A stretch of 63,993 bases of DNA, the filler included, from Thelocarpon superellum (taxonomy: Eukaryota): the NCBI GenBank assembly GCA_026025795.1. It is 6 parts of 6 records of this genome, joined end to end, with 100 filler letters (N's around TTAATTAATTAA, not from the genome) between each part and the next. Parts side by side here need not be neighbours in the genome. Positions count along the whole stretch, not along the records: positions 32,356 to 42,941 come from JAPEUG010000522.1; positions 43,042 to 53,620 come from JAPEUG010000523.1; 4 more parts are not named here. One strand, given 5' to 3'. Shown here piece by piece: positions 35,738 through 46,674 of the stretch. Below the pieces are notes generated by a model. That model saw only the letters and a program-made list of their open reading frames with translations. It made no database searches and was not told the DNA's origin. The translations under genes were made by a program, and so were the position numbers. The stretch's first letter is position 1. Each line of letters begins with the position of its first letter.

Positions 35738-37319
35738 ATGGCGAAAGCTGAGACGATGCCAGACATAGAGCTGGAGCCAATGGAGGCGACTCCGCTGTAT
35801 CGCCATTCTTTCTTCAGCGAAGAGATGCGTGAGAGTCGCAAGCAGTTGACGGCCACGTTGATCCTCCCACTCGTCTACACCTCCTTGTTGATGTGGGCAT
35901 GTCTGAGCCTGTACTGGGCCTCGCTGCTGCCGAGTAACAATCTTAACAAGTTGACCGTCGTGGCCGTCGATCTCGATCATGGCTTTCTGGGTGCCCAGGT
36001 CATGCAAGGGATCCAAGGCGCCGCATCGCCATCTCCAGATCATCTCAATTGGATCATCGGTGATGGCATCACGTCCAGCGCCGATTCGGAGTCGGTGGTG
36101 CTGGACGAGCAAGCGTGGGCGGTGGTGCAGGGTAAGTGGAACGAGTCGGGAGTGGGATCGCGTTGACGTTGCAGTGTCCCCCAATGCCTCGTCGTCGTTG
36201 GACGAAGCTCTTCGAGCGGGTGACGCGTCGTACAACCCTCTTTCGGCGGTCAGCATATACGCGGCGACCGCCCGAAATCAGATCACGGCCAATTCGCATG
36301 TCATCCCGGCCATCCTCGCCATCGTCAATCCGTTGCTGAATAAAGCGGGAGCCATCCACACGGCACAGTTCTTGGGGACAGTCTCCAACAATTCGTCGGC
36401 GCTGCAAACCGCCTTGCACTGTCCTCAGTGTATCGCATCGCCATATGCCGCCAATCAGACGGACTTCCGACCTTTTGATTCTCCGACGGCGTCGGCATCG
36501 ACCATGGTTGGATTGATCTTCGTGAGTTTCGGCGAATCCTAACAACAGGCGCGTTTTGACGTCTGATTCTAGCTGTTAACCTTCGCCTTCTCCATCTTCC
36601 AAACGCTCCGCACGGTTGGGCTCGTGATTGGCAGCAAGATGAATCTTCGATCGGCCTTGGTCTTCCGAACGGTCAACGCGCTGCTGGCCTACTTTGTCAT
36701 CTCACTCTGGTACACGTTGATCAACCTGGCGTTTGGCGTGCCGATGGGCAGATACTTTGGCCATGGCGGATTCGTCATCTACTGGATGTTGAATTGGATG
36801 ACCATGGCGGCCGGTATGGCACCTCTCTCATGACAGATCGTCGTCGTTAATCGAGACCCAGTGGGGCTTCCGTTGGAATCACTCTTCACCGTAATCGGGA
36901 TGAAATGGGCCGGATACTTCTTGAGCTTCTGTAAGATGGCGTGGTGATGGCTTGAGACGGTGATCGAAATAGCTAATTGGAGACAACAGGGATCATCGTC
37001 AACGTGGCCAGCGCTTTCACCTCGTTTGAACTGATGCCCGGATTCTTCCAATACGGATACGGGTTTCCGTTTTTCAATTCTGTTTGTTGCCCCGTCTCTC
37101 AGCCTCGTTACTCCTTCACCTCATCGTCGATGGCTAATCTGGGGACATGACGGGCAGATCCAAGGAGCAAGGACCATCATCTTCGGAACCAAGAACCACC
37201 TGGGGCGAAACTTTGGTATCTTGATCGCTTGGATGATTATCGGGCTGCTGGGTGTCTATCTCTTTACCTTCCTCCAACTTCGAGCCAACCGGAGGGCGGG
37301 CAGTCATCATATCCTCTAA
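35738..37319 (+). CDS. SNG1/DUF3533-family multi-pass membrane protein (6 exons)
   Basis: N-terminal TM helix ending LSLYWASL; VVAVDLD; VSPNASSSL...YNP...ATARNQ; GFVIYWMLNWMTMAA; WIIVNVAS...ELMPGFFQYGYGFPF; HLGRNFGILIAW. Confidence 0.85.
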
Positions 37320-37796
37320 TTTCTCCCCTCGACACGCGGGAAGCCCACGTAGGATGATACTCCAGATGACGTGGGGCGCCTCAATCGTAGATAGCACGAT
37401 CTCCGGGAGGTCGGAGCACTACCAGGGGGCGGAGGGATGGAGATATTCGACTTGGAGCGGGTTATAGAGCGCCCGCCGGTAGCGTGACCAATCAACTTGC
37501 TCTTGTACGGGCGCAGTCTGAACCACTCGTGGAACGGCGGTGGAGCTTGCCAGCAGGCGTCACGCTAGCGGCATTGGCCTGAGCTTATCCCCCGATCCGA
37601 GACCGCCAGATTACCGCCCGGATGCGCCTCTCTCAGATGGCAATCACTGGGGGTCTTGGCGTAGATTCGGTCGAAATGTCAATGTTAGGTGTGGCGGATG
37701 AGCTTTCCAGTTGCTCATGCTTTTGGATAGATATCCCGTAGGATCGATGCGTGAGAGTTGCAGTTCAGAGATTCAAAGACTTGCTTTCCTGTACTC

Positions 37797-40107
37797 ATGG
37801 AAACAGGTCGCACGCGAAAAGCGGCAAGTCTTGGACTCTGACGCTCAACGACGCTGCTAACTCCAGGTTCAGTGCTTGAACTGCTATTCAAAGAAGATTA
37901 AATGCGATCTCGGTCCAGAGCAGTCGCGCTGTTCACGATGCGTCGCGCAGAAAGTAGAGTGTGTCATACCGGATGGTACACAGGAGCAGCCTCGCACATC
38001 GATTAGGTATGCTGAGCCGACACCCATGCCATGGATCTGAATCATCATTGACTGTTGCTTGTCACTAGACATGCATTGGAAGACCTTAGCTCGAGGGTGA
38101 AGAGCTTGGAGGGATTGTCGAGCTCGCGAACGCCGTCGGAACCGTTCGCAGAGGAGCGGTTCATGTCGGAGCGAGCGACGCCGTCGGCGGGAACGGGTGT
38201 CCCCGACTTCTCTCTGGGGCAGCAAGAGCGACGCACACGGTCTCTCAGCTTTGATCGACCATCAGTCGTCCAAGGCTTCCGAGGCACGACTTCGCCATGG
38301 TCGAATCTGGTCGCTGGCACGCCGACCTTGCTGGAATCGGAGTCAGTCCAATCCTTTCGCCAGACCGTCAGTCGATTGGCAGAGGAGGAGAGATCTTCCA
38401 AACTGTCTGGAAGCTCGATCCATATCGATCTGCTGGATCAGTATCCCTTCTTGACCCGTGATCGTGCTTTGTTGTATGCCCGGGACTATGCCCTCGCCGC
38501 CCCCTTTCCGATCTTGGACTGGATTCCCTTTCGTCAGATATTGGAGCGTGTGCTGGACACTCATCAAGCGTCACGATGGGGGCAGATAGCGTGTATCTTG
38601 GTGGTAAGGACCGTCCTTGATGGGAACGGCGAAGCTGACAAGACTCGAAGTATCTCGCCTTTGGAGCGGCGCATGTTGCGGGGAGAGAGTCGACGACCAG
38701 CCCAACTGAGGATGCATGTGGGCAATTCTTCCAAGGGGCGTGTTCGATACTGCCCAAATTACTACTGGAGCATGATGTATGGGCCCTCAAGGGAGTCATC
38801 TTGATGGTACGTAGGTCCCTCTGCGTGTCAGAGAAGATCTCGCTGACGGTCCAGGCCCACTATCTTCAAGGAAGCTCCACGCCCGAGCCGTGTTGGACTT
38901 TGTTGGGGACCGCATCGCGCATGGCCATCGCATTGGGACTTCACCAAGCCCCGAAGCATCGGGGGCCATATGCAAAAGCAGAGCGGGAGGAGGGGGGCCG
39001 AGCATGGTGGCTATCCTACGTGATGGAGAAGTATGCGGCATGTTGAAGCGACACCCTCATGAGGCTCACTATCACAGAACCTTCTCCGTCATCTTCGGTC
39101 GACCCAGCTCCGTCGGAGACTTCACGCCCACGGCACCCTTACCAGAGCTCTTCCCACCCTACGTCCAGGGGATCAACGCCGCGGAGTACCAAATCAGCGA
39201 CGAAGAGTACCAAGTCGCGCGAGAGAACGACATCGACGCCGTTGCTTTTTGGCGGGACATGATCAATCTGTCGAATGTGCGAGATGGGATCTTACGCATG
39301 TCCAATGTATCAACCAGCATGGGCCAACCCGCCACCGCGTCCAACGACCCCGACTACCTCCGTCTCGTCTCGGACCAGCTCAACGCCCTGCTCTATCTGC
39401 ACCCGCGCCTAGACTTTAAGGTGCGGCCCGACGCCTCGCTGCGCGATACAATTGGGGACCTATCGCATCACAACGCTTTGCAAGTGGTAGCCACACACCT
39501 GCAGACACACCTCTCGCAACCCGCGCCGGCACCGAGCATCCACTCTGCGCGCACATCCCTCCAAACGGTCCTCGAAACGCGCAGCGTGGATGGGAAGACC
39601 ATGTGTCTCTGGATGTGGCTCTACTACACCTTTTCCGCGATGGTCGTACTGTTTCTGCACTTTGCGCACGATCCGCTGCATCCGGACGCGGCCGCTGATC
39701 TGGCCCTTCTTTCCGACGTTCGCGGCTTGTGCGCGGATCTTGCTGCTTTTTCTGACGGCGCGAGACGCTTGGTCGATGTTGCGAGCGCCATGGATCGTGT
39801 CGCGCTTGAGCTGATGAAATCTAGTGCGAGGGGACGGGGAAAAGGTACGAAGAGAGCGGTCGCGGTGGAATCGGGAGCGAGTGATCTGCCTGTGAAACAT
39901 GCGCGGCTGGGCGATGCCGTCATACCCGCCGCGACTACCGCGACGGCCACGACTGCCAGTATGGCGTCATCTCCTACGGTGCCCAGTGGAGAAGTGGGAG
40001 AAGAGAGTGAAACGAGGGAGAGAGAATGGAGCGCTCTATTTGAAACGGCGCCCACAAACTTCTCTTGGGACGAGTGGGATCAATGGCTTGAGGATGTGAA
40101 TCTTTAG
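37797..40107 (+). CDS. Zn(II)2Cys6 fungal transcription factor with Fungal_trans middle region
   Basis: METGRTRKA / GC-AG intron 37824-37872 / CLNCYSKKIKCDLGPEQSRCSRCVAQKVEC; WTLLGTASRMAIALGLH; RAWWLSYVMEK/TFSVIFGRP; acidic-aromatic C-terminus (WDEWDQWLEDVNL). Confidence 0.9.
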
Positions 40108-40199
40108 ATTACATGACCCTAACATGGCCCTTACCTACATAGCAAGGTACATTCCAATAATAATTTCTAGAGCGAGAATAGGACGGAAGAGTATCATTC

Positions 40200-41347
40200 T
40201 CAACGCTTGACCTTGAGCGTCGTATTTTGCATGATCTCAATCCAGTAGCCATCACAATCCAGGATGAATGCGAGATTCTTCATCGTGCCATCCGTCAGAC
40301 GCTTTTGCCATTTCACGCCCAGCTTCTCGAACCGCTCGCATGCCGCGTCCAGGTCATCCACCGTGACACCTACGACGTCCTCGTGAGCAGGATGTTCTTC
40401 GATAAAACCCCGGGCCGTCTCATCAACTTACAAATCTGCCCGAAGCCCAGCGGCTCTGTATTCCCGCTGTGGTAGTGAAAGTCTGCCTGCTTCTCCGTGC
40501 CGTAGTTCCACGTTAGCTCCAACAGTCCTTCGCGGCGCGCAAGAGGACTGCCGCCGCCGCCGCCGCTCGTGGTGTTCTTCCACGCCGGCTGGTTCTCGTA
40601 TCCGAGAAAATAGAGGTTGAACCTGGCCTCTTTCATCTCAGCCGTGCGTAAGAGGCTCATGCCCATCACGTCACGGTAAAACGCAATCGACTTTTCCGCG
40701 TCCTTGACTCGGATCATGGTGTGATTCTGTCATGGGTCAGCCATTGTTGCACTATGGACTCGGCGTCTGGGGAATTCGTTCGTTCGTACCAGGCCGTACT
40801 GTTCCGTGTCCGTCATCGTGACCTCCTCGGTGGCATCGACGGGGTTTTGCCCTATGATCTCCACCCAGTAGCCGTCAGGATCGAGACTGAATGCGATATG
40901 GCGCATGCGTCCGTCGGAGAGCTTCTTCTGGAACTTGTACCCGGCGTCTTCAATCCGCTTGCACGCCGCTTGGATGTTGTCGACAGAGATGCACAGGTGA
41001 CCAAATCCTTTGCCGGGTTCTGCATTGCCTGTTGCAATCTTGAAGTTGGGATCGGATTCGCTGCCACGCGTGTGTTTGAGTCCCACCACGCCCTCGCGGT
41101 CAGAGGGGGCATGGCGGTGGTGAGGAGCCTTGGGGCTGTCGTAAGCCAGGAAGTACAGGTCGGAGTTGGAGCCCGGCAGCTCTTTGGTTTCGATGAGCCT
41201 CAAACCAAGGAATTCGTAGTATTTGACTGGCGGAGGTTAACGAAGATCGGGTCGCGGTGCTGGACGAGGAACCCCACTGGACACTTTGGGATCCTTGATC
41301 CGTAGCATGGAGTAATTCAATTTGTATTTCTTTGGATCGGTGGCCAT
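40200..41347 (-). CDS. GLO1: Glyoxalase I (lactoylglutathione lyase), fused two-repeat fungal type
   Basis: Two repeats: MLRIKDP...LYFLAY...[11 protein letters not shown]...[10 protein letters not shown] and [10 protein letters not shown]...[10 protein letters not shown]...GFGQIC/VSVDD...DGYWIEI; 3 introns. Confidence 0.95.
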
Positions 41348-41911
41348 GTTGAGACAGGGTGCTTGATATTGAGCAGACTGGGAAGGTCAGCAAAAAGGGT
41401 GCAATCCGGAACAGTGGCTCAAGGAGAGGATCGATGTGGAGTGTCAATAGTTGGGGGGCACTCCAGGTCGCAGACCAAATTTCCAACACTGACAGCACTC
41501 TGACGTTCCCCCGCTACTAACGAACAAAGCACGAGATAACCGAGGTCAGTCGACGAGTCAAGTGACGTGCCTTGCGTCAAACGCCCATCCGCCACACTGT
41601 ACCAGACTTGTGCCACACCCACGGCACCAACGGTCAAGTGTATGGAACCGGGTCTGTGCCACCTGGAACCTTGACCGCCGATCTGGACGAGCTCCACACA
41701 TCTCGTCGGTTAACGATCAGGAAAACGCGCGAACATCTTCCACCGCCGCAATCGTCGCAATCACTACCACCACGCTCTAACCCGCCCCAATTGTCCGCGC
41801 ATAACAACAATCGGACTCGTCGGACTGCGCTCAACCTACGCACCATCCATCGCCTCGGCGACCTCCGCTCACCTTCCAGTGAGCTTCCCACGGAGGGTTC
41901 AAGACGTCACG

Positions 41912-42914
41912 ATGTTGAAGACGAAAAACCTCAACAAGCTGCTCAGCCAAAATACCTCGCCCCTCGTCACCGATATCTTGTGAGCCCCCCACCACCCTCT
42001 GGCCTTCACTCTCCCTTTCTACCAAGTCATGTATGACGCGGCCCTCAAGATGCTAATGCATATACGCATGCAGCATCCTTAGTCCCACAGGCACACTGCT
42101 AGCATACACGATGAACTCGACCCCGGCGGCACTCCGCAGACAAGCCACGCTGGCGGCGTCGATCTGGACCTCGTACACCAATTTGACCACGGCGCATAAT
42201 CTCTCGACAGTTCTTCCTCCCTCGCCCTCCTCACAATCCCGCTCCGACAGCCCCACCCCCACTACCACCGCCACTGCCACCAATGCCAAATCCTCTTCTT
42301 CCGCATCACAGCCCTCATCCCTATCTTCCGCCTCGAACCCCCCCACCTCCATCGAGCTCGAGACAAGCACATCCCACCTCAGTCTGCGCAGGCTGCAATC
42401 GCAACTCCTGCTCTGTCTCGTCGGCCCTACATCTGTCCCGCCCTCCTCCTCCACCACCACTACCTCCCCTTCCTCAGACCCGACGGCCGCGAATATGACG
42501 ACAACATTGAATATCAAGGCCGGTGCAAAAGTAAATCCAAACGCACCGCTCCTATCCCCTCCCAGCTCTCTCCCATCTCAGGGCCATTCGTTTCCAGGCT
42601 CCGGGAGCTCCATGAACGGCGAGTCTGGATCTACCCCCACGCCGTCCTACTCGCCACCCGTGCAGCAGCAGCACCACCAGGAGCTAGCCTTGTCGCAGTC
42701 CGCGGCGTCTACGTCAGGGCAGCAGATCGCGAACGCAAGCGCGAGTACAAGCGTGTCAGGGAGAGAGGGAGAAAAGGAGGGGAGAGAAAGGGACAAGGAC
42801 CATCTGCGCGCCGTGCGCGCCGCGGCGCTGGACCAGTTACGGCAGCAGACGAAAGTACTGGCCGAGTGGCTCGATGTGGAGCTGGAGGGGTTTAGTCTGC
42901 CTGCTGGTGCTTGA
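41912..42914 (+). CDS. LAMTOR2/roadblock-like Ragulator subunit with low-complexity insertions
   Basis: Spliced (intron 41980-42073) MLKTKNLNKLLSQNTSPLVTDIFILSPTGTLLAY...AASIWTSY; later LSLRRLQSQLLLCLVG and LRQQTKVLAEWLDVEL follow the LAMTOR2 pattern. Confidence 0.75.
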
Positions 42915-42941
42915 TTCCTGTCTGCTTCTTCGGTTCATCGC

Positions 42942-43041
42942 NNNNNNNNNNNNNNNNNNNNNNNNNNNNNNNNNNNNNNNNNNNNTTAATTAATTAANNN
43001 NNNNNNNNNNNNNNNNNNNNNNNNNNNNNNNNNNNNNNNNN
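42942..43041. other. Artificial contig-joining spacer
   Basis: Identical N44-TTAATTAATTAA-N44. Confidence 0.97.
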
Positions 43042-43444
43042 CGGCGAGAGCCTTCTCGCTCGCTTAGAGAAAGAGAGAGAGCAGTGTCAGCAAGGCGAGC
43101 GGATCCGGTCCAGATCCTAAGACGGCACCGACTTCCGACGTGGTGTCGATCCGGCAGCTTGTGAAGGATCACCGGTTCACGGCCGTGGACGAGTACTGTG
43201 CCAGAGGTACCGAAGATCCTCCCATCTACAAGTGGATAGGATCAGGCGTTGTCACATTCGGGACACATCTCAATGGACGTGCCCGATGCATCCTGGCAAG
43301 TCCGTCGAGCGTGCAGCAGTCCATTGATACGTAGAGAGCCATTGCAAGCCGAGAGTAAAAGTCTCTACGTCCTACTCACCTCGACGCCCTCTGCTTCCTC
43401 TTGTGCATATTTCCTTGTTACGATGCCTGTGAATAGCTCAAGGC

Positions 43445-45398
43445 TCACGCCAGCCGCGAATTGATCTTGGCCGAGCTGTCAGCGGTAAGCTTCAGCGCTC
43501 GCGGCGCGTCCTTTTTCGGAATGTAGAGCTCCACCAGCTACCGAGGGCCATGATGTGAGCGAGCAATCCGAGCGTGGCGGGGCTGGGGATCAACCCACTT
43601 GGAGGGCCTTGGCCGCCGAGAACTCTTTGTCGTCGAACAGATCATGAAGCTCTTTCTTGGTGCGCACTTGGTAGGACTTCAAGTTCTTCGATCCCGCCCC
43701 AAAGACCTCGAGCAAATCCTTGTTCTTCCACGGTTGGATGTCATTGTAGCTGGCGTCCATGCCATGGATGTATCGCTCAATCGTATATCCGTCGTTGCAA
43801 ATGACAAAGCTGCTTCATCATCAGTCGTGGCACCTACATGCCCGGGGGAAAGGGAAGTGCGTACATGATTGGCGTGGTGTCATGACGGATCATAGTGCTG
43901 ATTTCTTGACACGTCAATTGGAAGCTGCCATCGCCGACAAACAGTATCGTTCGCCGTCGTCCGCCGTCCTCCTTGGCCGCCAACGCCGCGCCTTGTGTCG
44001 CCCCGACCGAGTAGCCGATGCTGCCCCACAAAACCTGACTGATCGCGAGCACGTCCTTGGGGAATCTAGTCTCCCAGATCCCGAAGTTGGCCGTGCCAGT
44101 CTCCGTGATGACGATATCGTCGGGCCGAAGCCATTGGCCGATGCGTGGCCACAGCCAGGCCTGGCTGATGAGCTGGTCACGGGACATGTCCTGCTCGGAG
44201 CCTTCGATGGCATTGCTGGCCTGAGGCCCTGGCGATACACTCAACTTTGCGAGATCAAGCTGGTCGATGACGCGACGGAGCAGGCCCTTCATGCGCACGC
44301 CCGGATACTCGGAGAATCGCACGCTGGTGCGATTGCTGTGGAAGTCAATCGTCGCCAGTTGACTGATGCGGTAGGTGAAGCCGGCGGTGTTGAAGTCGCT
44401 CTTGATCGAGCCAATGGTCAAGACAAGATCAGAGCTTTCGACAAACTCGCGCACGCCGACGTTGGAGCCATCGCCAGCGTACACCCCGCCGTAATTGGAG
44501 AGGGTCTCATCCACGGCACCCTTCCCCATGGGTGCGACAAAGGTGGGGAGTCCAGATTTCTGGACGAGCTCGTGCACTTCCGCCAGCACCTGGGCCAGTC
44601 AGCATGTCACCCGTCCAGGCTGCGAGGAATCACCAAACCCGATGGCGCGCGGCGCAGGCATCCACTAAGATGATAGGCTTCTTTGCGGCATGGAGATACT
44701 TGAGCACGATATCGAGCGCATAATCTTCCCGCTCTTTGTCGTTGACCAGATCGCGCAGATCCAAGGGAGTCTTCAGTCCTTCGCCTTCGACCTTCTTCTG
44801 CACCATGTCTGTCGGCAGCGTGATGTAGACGGGTCGACTCTGTAGATAGCATTGCCGGATGGCGTGATCGATCATCGCCGGGGCGGTTCGTGGATCATCA
44901 AGCTTAGCCATGGCGCAGGAGACCTCCTTGCTCATGTTGGCAAAGACGTTGAAGTCGCCGTTTCCCAGCGTATGGTGAAGCAGCATCCCGTTCTTCTGGG
45001 AGATGGTCGACGGGGTGCCGACGATGTGCACGACGGGCACGTACTCGGAATAGGCGCCGGCAATGGCATTCAGGGCCGATAGCTCGCCGACCCCGAAAGT
45101 CGTGACGAGGGCGGCGATGCCCTTGACCCGAGCGTAGCCATCGGCCGCATACCCTGCCATTCCTGTCAGCGGGCCGGTCGGAGTCCGGGGGCTGCTGCAT
45201 CGACAAACCAGCGTTGAGCTCGTTGCAGTTGCCCACCCAGTTCAGCCCGTTTTTCGGGATGTAGTCCAGCGCTACCAGGTTGTAGTCTCCTGGAAGACCG
45301 TGGACAGCTCTGACGCCCACTTCGTGCAAACGGCGGAACAGATACTCGGCGAGATCCACTGGCGCATTGATCGCGGAAGAATTGATGTCTAACGCCAT
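43445..45398 (-). CDS. PDC1: Pyruvate decarboxylase (5 exons)
   Basis: [70 protein letters not shown]; ThDP motif GDGSFQLT...CNDGYTIER. Confidence 0.96.
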
Positions 45399-46674
45399 GT
45401 TGAGGTGGAGGCTGTGAGCATGGGAGGAGATGTGCAACTCTTACCCAGAAGACAGCTCGACTTGGACCGAGAGCTCCGTTGCCCATGCTTGGTAAGGTGC
45501 CTCGGACCCCTCCGTGACCGTGACCGTGACCAAAGGCGGAGGTAAATCACGCAGTCGGTGCTTTCCCAGGTCACCAGGAAGCACCTTCACCCTCACACTG
45601 AATGAGACGTGGTCGGTGACGTGACCTGGGATCTACAGTACGGCCATTATACAATCTCTGAGCGCTGGATGACCAACTGCAAAGCTCTACGAGGCACACA
45701 AGTGATGGGACGGGAGATAGGGAAATGATTGTCATGGCTGGGACAGGGGCAAATGGACATTGCGAGAGAAGCACCGGCTAGACGACGTAGCGCCGGAGTA
45801 CTCTCCATGGACAATGTCCATGGACAATGGGCCTTCCGGTGTAAGTAACTTATATTCTTGATGCTACATCACCGTCGGCGAAAGGCGCTGACTCGTCTGC
45901 GAGCAACTCTAGTACGAGGACCTTGCTCGACACCGCGTCATGGATGCGAGAATCACGTGTCGTGCTTCGGCGCTTATCACCTTAGCTGCCGCTAGGTCCG
46001 CATCAACCAATGGTGGACGCCATGGGTAACGGCGGGGCGAAGGACGAAGGCAACCGATGTACGCTAAGCGACAACAGGAGAGCATCAGCGATCAGTGGCC
46101 GGCCGCCGACTGGTCGTCGCTTTGTCGCAGCTCGCGGCAGCCACATACGGCAAGGAGCAGAGGCGAAAGCGCAGATTGATCGTGGCATCCAGCCATTGTG
46201 ATGGCGTTCCGCCCGCTACATTGCACGCTTACAGCCGTCGCATCTGATTCTCGACCGCTCACCACCGATCACCACCGCTCCTTGACTACGGAGGTCTATG
46301 TGGGGCCCAGGATTGGAGCGAGCCGGGGCCATTAATGTTCTTCGCGGTTCGATTGAAAGTCTTCCTCGGCCAGTGGTACCTCTCGTCTCATGAGTAAACC
46401 CACCTGTCCATCCGCTCGACTTGCTTCACTAGCAACACCGTCGCTGATCCGCTACAGGTTGCTGATGCTCATGGGGATCTGTTGACACCCCGAGCTCCGG
46501 TCTTCTCATCCCCGTGCACCATCCACCGTAGGGTGCCGTTTGGATGCTCCTGGCTGAGCAGCGCGAGTGACGACCCAGAGTGCCGCTCACACTGTCCCCC
46601 CACGATGTCGTCCGGCAGGCTTCACCGCCATCGATGATCGTGGCGCAAGGGGCTGATTGCGTGATCGCCCGACG

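Noticed and set aside
6770..42914. Apparent TORC1/Rag pathway super-cluster (LST7, bHLH, NPR3, LAMTOR2-like)
   Set aside because: The genes sit on three different contigs joined artificially; only the bHLH-NPR3 adjacency is real.
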